DNA of 64,000 bases from Lophium mytilinum (Eukaryota): NCBI GenBank assembly GCA_010093605.1, contig MU004201.1, positions 439,106 through 503,105 on the forward strand. Reading direction: 5' to 3'. Shown here piece by piece: positions 13,050 to 25,784 of the stretch. Position 1 is the first letter of the stretch. Each line of letters begins with the position of its first letter. The notes below the pieces were generated by a model. That model ran no database searches and was not told where the DNA came from. It saw only the letters and a list, made by a program, of their open reading frames with translations. Position numbers and translations under genes: made by a program.

Positions 13050-14383
13050 TGCTCGGTGTCCCCGACCGTGCCCCGATGTCTCACCTCTATTTCAACGACG
13101 CATCGTCTTACACTGTGATGGCCTCATTATCTTCATCTTAGAATGCCTTGCAATTCTACCGTGGTTTCCTTGTGCGCGTCGAACTTGCGGCTTTTATAGA
13201 TGCATCCACCGCAGTAGATGCACTTTATGCTGGAAGCGCCGTAAGGCGCACGACTTGGACTTTGGCGCGTCTTCGCTGCGTAATGCGCATACTAAGGTCA
13301 CCTTTAGAGGCTCTTTCATCTTAGCTTTACTTCGATCTTCTCCCGGATAAAACGCACTTAAATATACTGAGATTAACATCTTGACTAAGAGACCGCGGGT
13401 ATTGGGGCTACGTCAGTCGTGCAATTAAAATACTCTAAGGCGTCCTTACCCATCATGCGCCGGCCGAAGGGGCAATCTACTTTTGCGCCCATTACTAGCT
13501 TCCTTACGTCGCAGCCCTCCTTAGGGTCAAGCCCTCGTCCACATCTGCGATACTGATACCGCCGTTGACTTCACCGCCCGCCGCCAGATCTGGGTCCATT
13601 AATGCCTGAACGCCCTCGATAAATCCCTAATGGGCTTAGGCAAACTCGTCAGCAGGGTTGTTGGATTGAAGGCATCCCTAATCACAACGACTAAAGTGGT
13701 AGATTTCCGTGTCTATGTTTAATTGCTTCCCCGGTAAGTATAAATATTGGCCCACCGCCTTTAGCAAGTATATACATGGGAGATTGATGAAACAGAGAAC
13801 TAGTCTAGATAAACTAATGCCTAAGCTCTGCAGACTTCCGTGTCTCCTTTCCGGTCTCGAGGTTTTGCATAAATCTATGTCCGGCTTTACTAGCAACCAA
13901 AGATGCTTGAGCATTACTAGCAAGCTCGCAAGCGATACGGGAAGTCGGAATTAAAGGTGAAAGGAAGAAGATCGAGATACATACATGAAGCGGGGCGCGA
14001 CGACCCTAGAAACCCTAAAGTATATGTAGTTGGAGCCGCTAGTCTTACGGCTGATGTAAAACTAGCCTCAATTAGTCGATTAAGTGTAAAGACCTTGAAA
14101 TTTCTGCTTCCCCAAGCCTTTATGCTCCATCAGGCAGCATGGCTATGCGATTAACACCTGACCCACGTCGGCATGCGTAAACGAAAAGATTTAGAGTATA
14201 TCTAACACGAATATTAAGCCCGATTCGGGCCCCCATCACTACGCCTTGTGTGGGGAACATTCCCAGCCAGTCGTGCAGGCGGAAACGGTGAGCTACTCGT
14301 GATCTTCGGCGCCTCGTGGCGATCGGGTTTACCTTAAGCTTGGCTTGGGTTTTGACTTGGGTCTTGACTTGGGCTTTTGGCAT
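13050..14383 (-). pseudogene. RIP-mutated gene of unknown function with C-terminal CxxC..H motif
   Basis: ORFs 14120-14383 and 13678-13923 continue through TAG/TAA to KCIYCGGCIYKSRKFDAH. Confidence 0.45.
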
Positions 14384-15289
14384 AAAGAAAGAGGTTATAG
14401 TGCCCTGCCAACCGCTCTCGAGGTCCTATTTAAGGGCTTCAGCCATTTAATCTTGCTTAGAATCAACCGCTTCGGGGATATTACTAGGCGGATGGGAGCG
14501 GTTTAAAAGGTATGCCATAGACAACATGATATACGAATTGCGTCCCGGCCTTGACCTGCCGTCGGGAGCTATTAACTTAGGAGCGTATGTGTTCTGTCTC
14601 GTATATTTGCATCCGGCTTTAGAACTTTGGCTTCTTGAACTTGTCATTAGGATCTCGACGCCCAGACTAAGCTACCGTTTCATCAGCAACTTCCTGCATC
14701 TTGGCTGGTGGAGTCTCCGTCTCTGTAAGGGGTCCACGGTGTTTCTACGGTGCCTAATCTACCTGGCCGCTCTCATTAATGTGGAAATCAACGATGTCTA
14801 AGAGTCTTTTGGTACCTTTGCCGCATAAAGCCGTCTTAAGCCTAACGTTAACCTTAAGTGCTCTATCCGTGAAGTTTATAGTAAGCCAGTCAGGCGCTTA
14901 ACGTCGGGATCTTCGGGATCATTCCCGCGGTTGCTATGCTCTTCCCCTTCCTCATCCTTATCTTATTCCTCTGGATTTAATGGTGGAGCTTAAGCTGGAT
15001 CTGTACGTGGTATTCTAGTTCCCGATGGAGTAGAAACTTGGTGCATCCGAGGGAGTTTGCGAGGAGCATTGTTGACTGTAGTTATGCTAGCAGCAACTAT
15101 GGACTGCTCGGATCCTTAATCTTCCGGATCGGAGCCTTTTCTAGTGACGTTGGCTGGCTTCTTTTGAGAGTACAACTTCAATTTCCCCTTCAAGCTGGCA
15201 CGGGCTGGTTCCCCCCCTTCATCATTATCTTCAAGAACCGCTGCCTTCTGCTGCTATTAATGCTTCTTTAAGCCATCTTTGAAGCGTTA

Positions 15290-15603
15290 AAGGCCCCTAG
15301 CCCTTAGTAGCTTCGGCTAGCGCACGCTGGATCTTGTTCATGCTGAGGATGCTCTAACTATTCCGCTGAGACTTTTGTTCCCTGGAGGAGTCTCGCTAAC
15401 CTGGGCTGGGCCTTAGCGGCTTCGGACAGTGCACGCTGGATGCTAGATCTTGTTTATGCTGAGGATGTTCTAACTATTCTTCTAAGACTTTTGTTTCCTG
15501 GAGGCGTCTGGCCGGCCTGGGGTATAGTTCCGATAGTCCACCGTTGTTTTAACACTCGACATTTATGACAGTTCTCGAGCCTGTAGTATCTTTAACTCTA
15601 GTG
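15290..15603 (-). repeat. Duplicated coding-like segment with internal ~112-bp tandem repeat; second copy ~29830-30137
   Basis: GCGCACGCTGG..TGCTGAGG..TTTTGTTTCCTGGAGG occurs twice at each locus, with collinear flanks. Confidence 0.8.
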
Positions 15604-15879
15604 TATTTTATCAACGATCTCCCTTCAGTAACGGCGATAACTTCTTATCTTAAGTGGCCGTTCCAATTTTCGTGTGGAGGGCGGGGGCGTTACGGGAGCA
15701 AGGATCTTGTTTACTAAGGGGGAGAGAGAGTGGAAGAGTATAACCTCAGTTAAACTATAGCAAAGAAGAGGCCGTAGCTGTAGTGCTACCTCGGGCACAC
15801 TTCGCAAGAAAAAGAGATAAGAGATGATGAAGGGCTGACCTCCGCAATTAAGAAGAGGCCTAATCGCTTATTACGCACC

Positions 15880-16230
15880 GCTTGTATACCTGCACCAATC
15901 TAACTCACCACAGTTAATGCTCTTGAGATAGATTCGTTGGCGCTTCTTGTCACGATAATTCTTAGGGCCGTCGAAATATTAGTCGGAGATGTTTAGCGAC
16001 GTTGAGAGTGTAGAAGATTCTGAATGTTTCGGCGGAGTTAGAACAGTGCCCGTAGCCGGCGTTCGCGGGACTGGTAGAAAGGTAAGGAGAGTTAACGGGG
16101 TGGTAGGCTACAGCGACGGCTGAGAGTCTGTTGACTCGGGTTGAGGCATCCGTCTAGAAGACGTTCTTGCCAATGACAGCATTTCTTGTGGCGACCGTAG
16201 CGTCCTTATTAATAAAAACGCTCCTAGCGA
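15880..16230 (-). pseudogene. RNase H-like domain remnant
   Basis: NVF*TDASTRVNRLSAVAVAY..SNSAETFRIFYTLNVA..LIF. The spacing fits the first acidic residues of the RNase H fold. Confidence 0.4.
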
Positions 16231-16559
16231 GTCCGTTTTCGAGAGTCTCAGAATTTTGAAGGCTGTGGCCATTTTCGACATCCCCCTCGCTAAGGAGAGA
16301 ATGCCAGAGCTCCTGGTTCGTGCGTTTGGGATGTCTCGGGTTAGCTAACCCATATTCTTGCAGTATTGCTTAATGGTAAACGGAATATTCTCCTTAGTGG
16401 TTAGATTGCGTGCAATCTCGACTGCAAGACTAGTAAGTAAGGATTAATAAAGTGCAGATCGCAAATTTTAGATGTACCTTTATGCCCGCACTTGTCTCTT
16501 CGCCACTGAGTAGTGAAATCCCATGCGTCTAACACCTCATTAAACCTATTAATGACGAA

Positions 16560-18125
16560 GGGTTGCCGCTAATAATAACGTGGAGAAGGGTAGCTTCTCG
16601 AGCTTCTTAATGCCTCGCTTAGCGATTATCTTGGATGAGATATGGTCGACGTATTAGATTTATCCGCATTATTAATAAAGATTTGCAGGTCGAATATGGG
16701 TGGAGTAGGCTTAAAAGAGGCCTTGGGCCGGGCGTCGTGGTGGGTGTTTTAGCGTAAACCTTAAGCGTGCAGATGGGATGGTCACCGTTAACGTATTGGA
16801 AGTTGTCCGCATTCTCAACAAAGGTTCGCAGGCCGAAGGCGGGTGGTGTAGGCTTGAAAGAAGCCTTGTGACTGTGAGCGGGCATTGTGATGGGTGTGTT
16901 GAGGGGCTTGCCGCCAATAATAACGTGGAGAAGGACTAGCTTCTTAAATATCTTAATACTTTACTTGACGATTATCTTGTATAAAACACGGTATTGGAAG
17001 TTATCCGCATTTTCAACAAAGGATCGCAGGTCGATGTTGGGTGGTATAGGCTCGAGAAAGGCCTTGCTCGAAAGAGGCCTTGGGCCTGCGAGCGAGCGTT
17101 GTAATAGATGTATTGGCGCAAACCTTAATCGTGCAGAGGGATAGTTACGCTTGTTGCTTGGCAGGTCGAAGTCGGGAAGTATAGGTTTGAAAGAGGCCTT
17201 AGGCCTGCGAGCGGGCATTGTGATGGGGGTGTTGGCGCAAACCTTAATTGTGCAGAGGGATGGTTACGCTTATTGCATGGCAGGTCGAAGTCGGGTAGTA
17301 TAGGTTCGAAAGAGGCCTTAGGCCTGCGAGCGGGCATCGTGATAAGGGTGTTGGCGTAAACCTTAGGCGTGCAGAGGGATTATAACAATTGTCGCATTGC
17401 GGTTAAGATCGGGTAGTATAGGTTTAAAAGAGGCCTTGGGCCTGCGAGCGGGCATTGTGATGAGGGTGTTGGCGTAAACCTCAGGCGTGCAGAGGGATTA
17501 TGACAATTGTCGCATCGCGGTCGAGATCGAGTGGTATGGGCTCGAAAGAGGCCTTGACCGCGAGAGGGCATCGTACTGGGTATTGGCGTAAACCTTAGGC
17601 GTGCAGAGGGATTATAACAATTGTCGCATCGCGGTCGAGATCGGGTGGTGTAGGCTCGAAAGAGGCCTTGACCGCGAGAGGGCATTGTACTAGGTGGTCG
17701 GCGCAAACCTTAAGCGTGCAGAGGGGATGGTTGCAGTTGTAGTCGAAGTCGGGTGGTATTGGCTCGAACGAGGCCTTGACCGCGAGAGGGCATCATACTG
17801 GGTGGTCGGCGCAAACCTTAAGCGTGCAGAGGGGATGGTTGCAGTTGTAGTCGAGGTTGGGTGGTATTGGCTCGAACGAGGCCTTGACCGCGAGAGGGCA
17901 TCATACTGGGTGGTCGGCGCAAACCTTAAGCGTGCAGAGGGGATGGTTGCAGTTGTAGTCGAGGTTGGGTGGTATTGGCTCGAACGAGGCCTTGACCGCG
18001 AGAGGGCATTATACTGGGTGGTCGGCGCAAACCTCAAGCTTGCAGAGGGCTTAGTCATAGTTATGGTCTACGAGCAGGTATTATGGTGGGTGTATCGACA
18101 TAAACCTCAAGCGTGCACAGAAATT
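16560..18125 (+). repeat. Tandem array of 108-119 bp units (about 11 copies), with longer composite units at its left end
   Basis: Core GGCGYAAACCTYAAGCGTGCAGAGG at 16751, 17115, 17234, 17353, 17471, 17585, 17700, 17808, 17916, 18024 and ~18098. Confidence 0.95.
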
Positions 18126-18459
18126 TACCTAGGCCGCCAATTTTGAGGTGGGTTGGTTCGTTTATGTGGCGGATGTCCGAAGGCGCACGCCTACGGTGGT
18201 CTATTAGCACCAAAAGTGCAACAATCCGATCTTAAAAATAGAAGTAATAGACCACCGTACACCCTACAGGCGCGTGGATTTTTAGCCGGCGGGAGCGGGG
18301 AATTTAGGCACGTGGGCGCCTAAATTCCTGCCCGGGGTTTCCAATACTCAACGAGTCAGTCCCACCTAAGTGTGTACTACGACATGAGCGCTAGAGGCAT
18401 GCCGTCGCTTGCGCAGGCAGACACTAGATGCTTCACGCCATGACGGCCTCGATGCGACA

Positions 18460-18750
18460 ACTGTGACTATCTCCGCCGCACGCTTAAGGGTTACGCCGAT
18501 AAACCCACACTACGATGCCCGCTCGCAGGCCCAAGCCTTCTTTCAAGCCTATACCACTTAACTTCGACCTGCGAACCTAAGACCTTCTCCATATTGTTAT
18601 TATTAAGACACCCGCTTGGAGGCCCAAGGCCTCCCTTAAGCCTACACCACCCGACTCCGACCTATGAACCTTTAGTGAGAACGCAAACAGCTTCACTACG
18701 TTGACCCTATCTTATACGAGATAACCGCTGAGCAGGGTATTGAGAAAATA
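18460..18750 (-). repeat. Inverted arm of the 16560-18125 array
   Basis: The reverse complement aligns to array units, and its outer end matches ~16605-16660. Confidence 0.85.
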
Positions 18751-19454
18751 GCGGTATAGAGGCAGCAGCAGGACATGGTGCCCGTCCTTTCTTCCCGTGC
18801 TGCTTTTAATTGTTTAGATGCGCCGTTGCTAACGTGCTTCGAGAGTGCAGGCCCTCTAAATACTACCCCTCTTTGTCCTTAACTACCCCTTTATTCTTTA
18901 TACCTCGATACACGTCCTCCGTGCCTCCATGCACCAGTCGACCCTCACGCCTTACCTCTCTAATCAGCGTAGTATCGCACAAGGGCAGGTGTCTTGAATC
19001 GCCGTTGGGGAGAGGTCCGTCCTCCGCTCCATCTCCGCAAAACCTCGCGGCGGCTTTATACCTGCGCCTAGCCTCAGCCAACCCTTCACTACGCTCTTTA
19101 CCGAGTCCTGCGATGCGACATCTGGAACCATCGGCTCTGTACGCTTAAGGTTTACGCCAACACACCCACTATAATGCCAGCTTGCAGGCCTAAGGCCTCT
19201 TTCGAGCCTATACCACCCATGGCGGGAAAGGGGGAGGGATGGGGTATTGCTAGTCTCGAGTCGAGCGCTGGCGGCATGCCGTCCCTCGGAAGCAGCGGGA
19301 AGGCTGAATACTTTTGGGGCGGAACGCTGGGCAGCTGGGCAAGAATAGCAGAGCTAGACGTGGGAGGCGACGGGGCCAACTAGCCCGTGCCGAGCCTAGT
19401 TAAAACATTACGCCGCGCTAAACAAGGCGGATCTGGAGTTCATCACGCCAGCCC

Positions 19455-20105
19455 GTTTCTGTTTCGGCGGTCGCCCTCCACTACGCTTTGCGGTTTACTT
19501 CACTGGCGTGAGACCTGAAGCGTGCAGAGAGAGTGTCCTAAGCGAAGGCTGTGAAGCCGATAGCGTTCAAAGAGAGTATCCTAAGTAAAGGCCTGCCAGC
19601 TTAAGCCGAGTTTAAGAAGAGCTAAACGTAAAAGCCCTTGTCTTCCCTATTCTCTTCATTTCTCTCTGCTTCAGCTGCGTTGTTGACTTGTGTGTTGGTT
19701 TAGAGCTGGGCATTTTTATATCTTGCCAGTCTTCTAGCAGATTCTATTCTTTGAGAAAGTCCTGGATGCCTTTTAGCATGCGTTGTGGGTGTTGCTATAC
19801 TCTTGATTGGATTACCTAGCCGGTGTTAAAGAAGCGGACGATACACCGGGCCATGGCACGTCCAGGTCGCTCTTCCTCTGTATACGCCGGTGACGACGCT
19901 ATGGAAGCCTGTTTATGTTTCGGTGGTCGCCCTTAACCACGGTTCACGATTTGGCTTACTGGTGTGAAACCTAAAGCGTTCAGGAAGGGTCTCTAAGCGA
20001 AGACCTGTTTCTATTTTAATGGTCGCCCTTAGTCACGCTTTGCGGTCTGGTTCGCTGGTGTGAAACCTGAAGCGTTCTGGGAAGGGCGTCCTAAGTAAAG
20101 GCCTA
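19455..20105 (+). repeat. Three ~95-bp related units (19455-19550, 19915-20005, 20005-20105) sharing the array core motif
   Basis: GGTCGCCCT..CTGG[CT]GTGA[AG]ACCT[AG]AAGCGT..CTAAG is repeated. Confidence 0.8.
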
Positions 20106-21103
20106 CTAACCTTTGCCTTTGGTGCAGGCGCAACGCCCGGTATTTCGCCACCACTGTCACTTTCCGAGGAGCCCGACAGCTGCACTCCCGCTGGTCCACT
20201 GGATTTACGGTTCCTATTCGTCGAGATTGGAGCAACTCTTTTAGCCCGGGTATTCGACTTCGGGGTGCTGCTTTATGGTTGTTGGGAAGCTGCCACGGAT
20301 ACAATCTTGATCTTCCGACCCGCCATTCCACGCCTTAAGCGCTGGCGGCGCGCCGTCGCTTGCGCAGGCGAACGAAAGCCTCCGATGGCAACGCGGTATC
20401 ACACTGAGGGTATCACCCCCAGGGCATGGGGAGGGGGTTAGCAGGTAGCTGCACGATTACGGTACCGTCGTCCAAATCATGGTGTTTCAAAGTGCATCGT
20501 GTTAAAAGTCTATCTTGTCAAACGTTCATCTCGTTAAAGTTCATTTCGTTGAAAATTTAATTTTATTAAACTACCACTTGAAACAAAATCCGCGAACGTT
20601 AAGAGTATCTCCGAGGAGCACGATAGCCCCATCGTGCGGATACAGCACCACTTCCTCTCCCCATCCCCTCCCTTGCCCAGCTGTGCCTGTCCCGCCGCCG
20701 CCCAGCGTCTTGTCCCGAAGGCATCCAGCCCGCCGCCGCTAATCGTGAACAACGGCATGCCCTTACCGTCGCTCAAGTTGAACCCGACAGGAATCCCATA
20801 CATAGAATACTGCTTGTGGTCCGCAAACATTAATCCACGATTCTCGTCGAGGATTGCCGATTCTCAGCGATTGGGGGCTAAATCTACTAATGTTAAGCAT
20901 TCAACGAAGCCTTTAGTAGCAGTGTTGATGCGTGGCAGTGTTAACATGTAGCAGTTAATGTTTGGAAATGTAAAGCTGGAGGGTGGGCGTTGAGCTGCTT
21001 TAGTGCGATGAAGGACTGTAAATGCTAGTTTCGCGACTTACTTGCACTCTTTCTACTTAACCTCCTCGGGCTCATTAAATATGATATTGATACCGAGTTC
21101 CAC

Positions 21104-21750
21104 TATGCTCGCCTGGATGCTATTAACGCTTTTAACGCGGATTCCACGGCCATGAAACGTCTCACTTCTTCCCTTGCTAAGTTGCCCGATCTGGAGCGAC
21201 TGATTTCCTTACTATGCTTGGGCCGTCTTGCATTAATCCTCTTTTTGCATTAGGATTCCCTGCCTCATCTTTGCAAGCAACTCCGTTCGCATCCTACGTC
21301 ACCGCTATCTTGTCCCCGTCTCTACGCCCAAGAATTCTCTCCAAAGCAACGCCAACATGCCCGAAGATGGAAGCTAGCCTGCGCGGCACTCGTCCATCTG
21401 CATCCGCAGCAACTTAGAGCAGCGCGGAGAGCACTTCCCCATATTGTTGTTTCAAAAGCGCTTATCTACGTCAACCCATGGCTAATAAACCCAACAATCG
21501 CGGCGGCCGCCAGCGGCGCGAGCCGATGCAAAGCTAAAGCCTTTTTGAAAGTCGTGGAAAAGACTTCGAACAAATTGAGTACACTATAACCCTTTCGAAC
21601 TCTTTTGCGGAAGGGGATGGCGTTACTAGCCGACTTATATCCTGAATGCCCAAGCTGACCGGCACACTTAGAAAGTGGAAGTCTGTCTTTAACCTAGAGA
21701 AGGCAAAGTCGGACGGCGTTCTAGTTCCGGAACCCGGCGTCGAACGTGAT
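21104..21750 (+). pseudogene. MSH6: MSH6 internal fragments (core/lever region), split by a ~310-bp unrelated insert at ~21209-21519
   Basis: ARLDAINAFNADSTAMKRLTSSLAKLPDLERLIS, then RCKAKAFLKVVE..FEQIEYTITLSNSFAEGDGVTSRLIS*MPKL..WKSVFNLEKAKSDGVLVPEPGVERD. Matches fungal MSH6 as I recall it. Confidence 0.85.
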
Positions 21751-22030
21751 ACCGCGAAGCTCCCTCATTAACTCGGATGCGCATGCGCTTCTCGCGGTCT
21801 TGGGACGCATCTTGAATTCTCTCGCAAGGCTGCGATAATGGATGGTTGAGAACCCGACGCAGCCAACGCGAGTAGTGACGTTGTGGAGGACGGCCTAGAC
21901 AACAGCGACACTATTGCAGGATAAGGTGCTGCAGCCGAGCTCGTCGACGATAAAAAGAGAGCGCGGAGTCGCTTCGGAGAGGATCTTTTGGATCTCTGCG
22001 AGTTCGATAAAGGAGGTTAACTAGGCAGTA
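21742..22030 (-). pseudogene. MSH6: MSH6 ATPase-domain fragment, inverted
   Basis: TSFIELAEIQKILSEATPRSLFIVDELGCSTLSCNSVAVV*AVLHNV..VGCVGFSTIHYRSLAREF corresponds to the MutS STFxVEL..DELGRGT..FATHY region. Confidence 0.92.
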
Positions 22031-22952
22031 CACCACCAACCTAAATAGCAGTTATACGTTAATATTGACGCTTGCATGTAAGGTTGTTAGTGCACCACGC
22101 TATTGAGGATGCGTCGCTAGTCTAAGAATTGAAGCGTGTTCCGCACGTCGGGTTCAATTCTAAGATAAAGATGCGTCTTAATTCCATCTCCTTCATCTCG
22201 CGTTTCTTCCTAGTGACTTGCTTTGCAGCACTTAGGAGTCTCTTAAGCTTATTCCCATAGCATAATGCAATTTGGGCGAGCTAAGTAACAGCAGAACGAT
22301 ACTTATATGGCTCACCGTTGCCAATCCTATTCCTATTTATACTAGCTACGGTCTGCTACCATATCTAAAACATCCCTAACTGCCCTCGCTCCTCGCTCCT
22401 CGTCACTCACTTCCGCTGGCATCCGCTAGCCTCCTCTTGTACCTTAAGCTGCCCTTATTTCTTATCGCCCACTTCCGCTGGCAGTTTGCCCTACTCCTCC
22501 CGCACCTCAATCTCTCTATAAGTCCCCTTCTTAATACCCCACAGGCTATAATATACCTTCTAGGTTACTGCGCAGTCTATAATAGTATTTCTTAGAAAGT
22601 GCAGCCATTTATGTACTCTAATCGCTCCTTATACAGGCTGTAACATAGTATATTCCCTGTACTCTTAACTCTCCATGTGCTATAAAGTGTCTTAGATTGC
22701 TATATACAATATAGTGTACATATAGTAGGGCTATAGTAGCCCTATATTAGTAGCAGGGCTGTGCTAGCCCCCTTATAGGCGTTTATTAGGGTTGTAATAG
22801 TTATGGGGGTAGAGCCCCCCCATTGGTGGGGGCAGACCCACCCTATTAGTGGGGGCGAATCTACCCCACCCTATAAAAGATTTTCTCTACAACCTCTGCA
22901 TGAAAATTCTGCGCTCTCACCTTCTACTATACATTGTTTACTTCTTGCTACC

Positions 22953-24330
22953 ATGGCTGAAGAAGATGATTCTCCTTGGCTCACTGCGTTTAAGCTTAGG
23001 GCCCTTAACTTCCTAAATACCCTATGTCTACGGTGCAAGACACAGCTCTAAGATCACTATAAGCACTTTAAAAATTGTCGTAAGATGCTAGATAGCGACG
23101 TGGTAACGCCTATAAAGTGCCGGTACTGCTACACATTAACTAAGGATGCTATATCACACTGGGACATCTGCGCCGTTTGGATAAGGCAAGTTATTTCTGC
23201 CACGAAAGATGACTGGACTAAGGCTATCCAGCAGAAGGTAGACTAGAAGCATCTCCTTCCCCTTAAAAACGCGGAATTGGAACATTGGAACGGTAAATTA
23301 CTACAGCTTATTCCATGGGAATAGTCTGCAGATGGCGAGATTATGGATTTGGCTCTTTATAATCTCTCTAACACCACCTAGGTCTACAAAGTAGGCACAC
23401 ACAACGTTTATGTAGGCAAAACCCACCATATCTAGAATAGCTTTTGTTATGCCGACGCACCTGTCTTCTATGCTATTAACATTAACATTGGGGAGGAGTA
23501 TTATGTTAGCATCCCAGCAGTTATTAAATCTATCCAACATCCTAACTTCTCCCGCTACTACTAAGGAATTAATATTACTCCTAAAGGAACCTTTGTGGAT
23601 CTCCATATTGGTTAGTATTACCTTTACTACTTACTTTAGATTAGGAACTAATGTCTACGCTTAGATTATAGGCAAGATGCGTACAGTGTTGGGCTCTAGG
23701 GATGTATTAAACTCTAGATTCTCTACCCTGCCACCTTCAGCAACCTTAAAGCCTTCTACGCTGTTAGCCTAGATGAGACCAACAAGCTACTTGCCCTTTG
23801 CAATGGCTAACTCAGCAACGGCGCCTATAAAGTAACTTTGCCATCTGAAGGAATCTATATACTACCTGGCTGTATCTATACAACCTACACTATTGCCTCG
23901 GGTATTATCTTTGGCAGCAACTGGACCTCTGCTGAGAGTTTAGATGTATGTGCTTTAGTCCTTATCCATAAAATTAAGAATGGTACTGCAGAGCTAGGTG
24001 CGCTATCCACCTTCAGTGCAAGCCTGGTAGGGAGCATCAAGCATAGAGGCAATTGGAAAGACACTCTTAGTAGGTTCTGTCCGCAACCTCCAGGCTAAGG
24101 GGGAAGAAGTTGAACGCAAAAGGAGGCTAGCAGTAACTCTAGGGCTAAAGGTTAGGTACAGGAGGCACTTTAAGCCCTAGGTGCTTTACTAAAGCAGGAT
24201 TAGACTTGCTCTAAGTGCAAGAAGCTATATACAGCGCACCTTGGGTTTACACTTAGGGTAAGTAGCTTTTATATAATCTAACACCTGCTCTATTTACTAA
24301 CTTATACGGTTAGGGCACGGAAAAGAAATA
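22953..24330 (+). pseudogene. JmjC/cupin 2OG-Fe(II) domain protein with N- and C-terminal CxxC motifs, RIP-inactivated
   Basis: TPKGTFVDLHI|D (HxD formed across the GT-AG intron 23611-23664), KL*ILYP, and GIYILPGCIYTTYT (distal His CAT->TAT). One frame with only TAA/TAG stops. Confidence 0.8.
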
Positions 24331-25784
24331 CACTATCTTTCTACCCTAGGGGTGGATGGATGAGCGATTTCATATAAATAGGGAGAGTAGTAGCTTTAAA
24401 TACGGTTTCCATACAGGTGGCTCCTTTTCAACTGCCCTAACTTGGCAGTAGAGCATAGTAAATGCACTATGGAGCAATTATTATCGCGTTTAGTGTAATA
24501 GACTGGAGGTTACTTCGAAAAACCCCGTATATATACACGGGTAACACGCATACATTACTTTGCTTTCGTGTGACCTAACTATTCGCATCTGACAAGTTTG
24601 TCTAATCCAACTGCTTAGTCCGAGGCTAAGAGCAACGCCAGGAGTACCTAATGATGAAAGAGTTATTTACTATACCTGCTCTACCCGAGTCGCCACGTTG
24701 AGCTGTCCATGCGACCGATACTGCCGTCCCGAGTCTAGACTCTATCCTAGAAGCATCGAGAAACACATTGAGAAACTCAACCACCCCTTGAAGGAGGAGA
24801 ACCATCAGTTCCAACGACCTAATCCTGGAGGCGTACGACAGTACTCAGCAGAAGATTGTTTCATGAGCCCTTGACTGTGTTTGACAGAGAGCACGTGCGA
24901 TTGCTCGCGACCGGCAACTCACAGTCGAAGTTAATAATGTTATTGGACTGAAGACTATTTGCACGGAAGCCGCATAGAGGCACCTAAAAAAGGCTTTAGA
25001 CTGGATCTATCTTCTACTTAGACCGCGAGGATCTAAGGTTATAGATGATCCTAGCAGCCTAGCGCTCTAGTGGCTGGATTTGATGTAGATATATAATGGG
25101 TTAAGGATAGTGTTTTAACGTTTGTAAGGTTTAGAAGTCTACAATTCTCGGCTTATACTCTCTTTACAATGCAAGATTACAAAATCTATACGGCGCATGA
25201 TGTATACGTTACTTACGCTTAGTTACATGCTTACTAGAGGTGCTCCTCGATTTGTCTTTTAGAAAGCTCACCCGCCCATAACCCAACATTCTCTTTGACG
25301 ATAGATGGGGGAGAGGAGGGATAATGAGAGTAGAGGGAGGGGAGGGTCCAAAACTTCTCGAACAACTCTTACATGGTAGTCCTGGTTTAAAATAGAAGCA
25401 CCTAAAATGGAATAGGAGGGGGGAGGAGAGTTAGACCCTCCGAGATTACGGTGTTATGGCACCGTGGCTTAAACCGAGCGCGAAAACAATATATGGGGAG
25501 TGGTGGAGTAGAGGAACAACGTAAGAAGGACTGCAAGGCCATGACACTGCATGAAGACGTGATGCTGAACTGCATCCTGCTCGTTACCGATACCCGTTAC
25601 CTTGTTACGATAGCAAACACAACCACCACTATAGCATACTGTTAGGAGATGGAATTTTAACTTATTCTTTCCGTTTTACTTGGCCTACAGCCGAGCTATT
25701 GGGGGCCGGCCATGAATTTTCACGCCCTTCATTAACCTTATCGCCATTCTTATTGCTATCCTTATCGCCGTCCCCATTGCCAGC

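Noticed and set aside
16560..18125. CRISPR-like array (conserved core with intervening sequence)
   Set aside because: The intervening sequences are homologous to each other rather than unique spacers, there are no cas genes, and the context is eukaryotic.
17380..18146. Repeat-protein ORFs on both strands
   Set aside because: A by-product of 108-bp (multiple of 3) units. Neighbouring 119/118/115-bp units break the frame.
24514..24545. Hairpin CCCGTATATATACACGGG as a Helitron 3' end
   Set aside because: No CTRR terminus follows, and I recognised no Rep/helicase remnant in the window.
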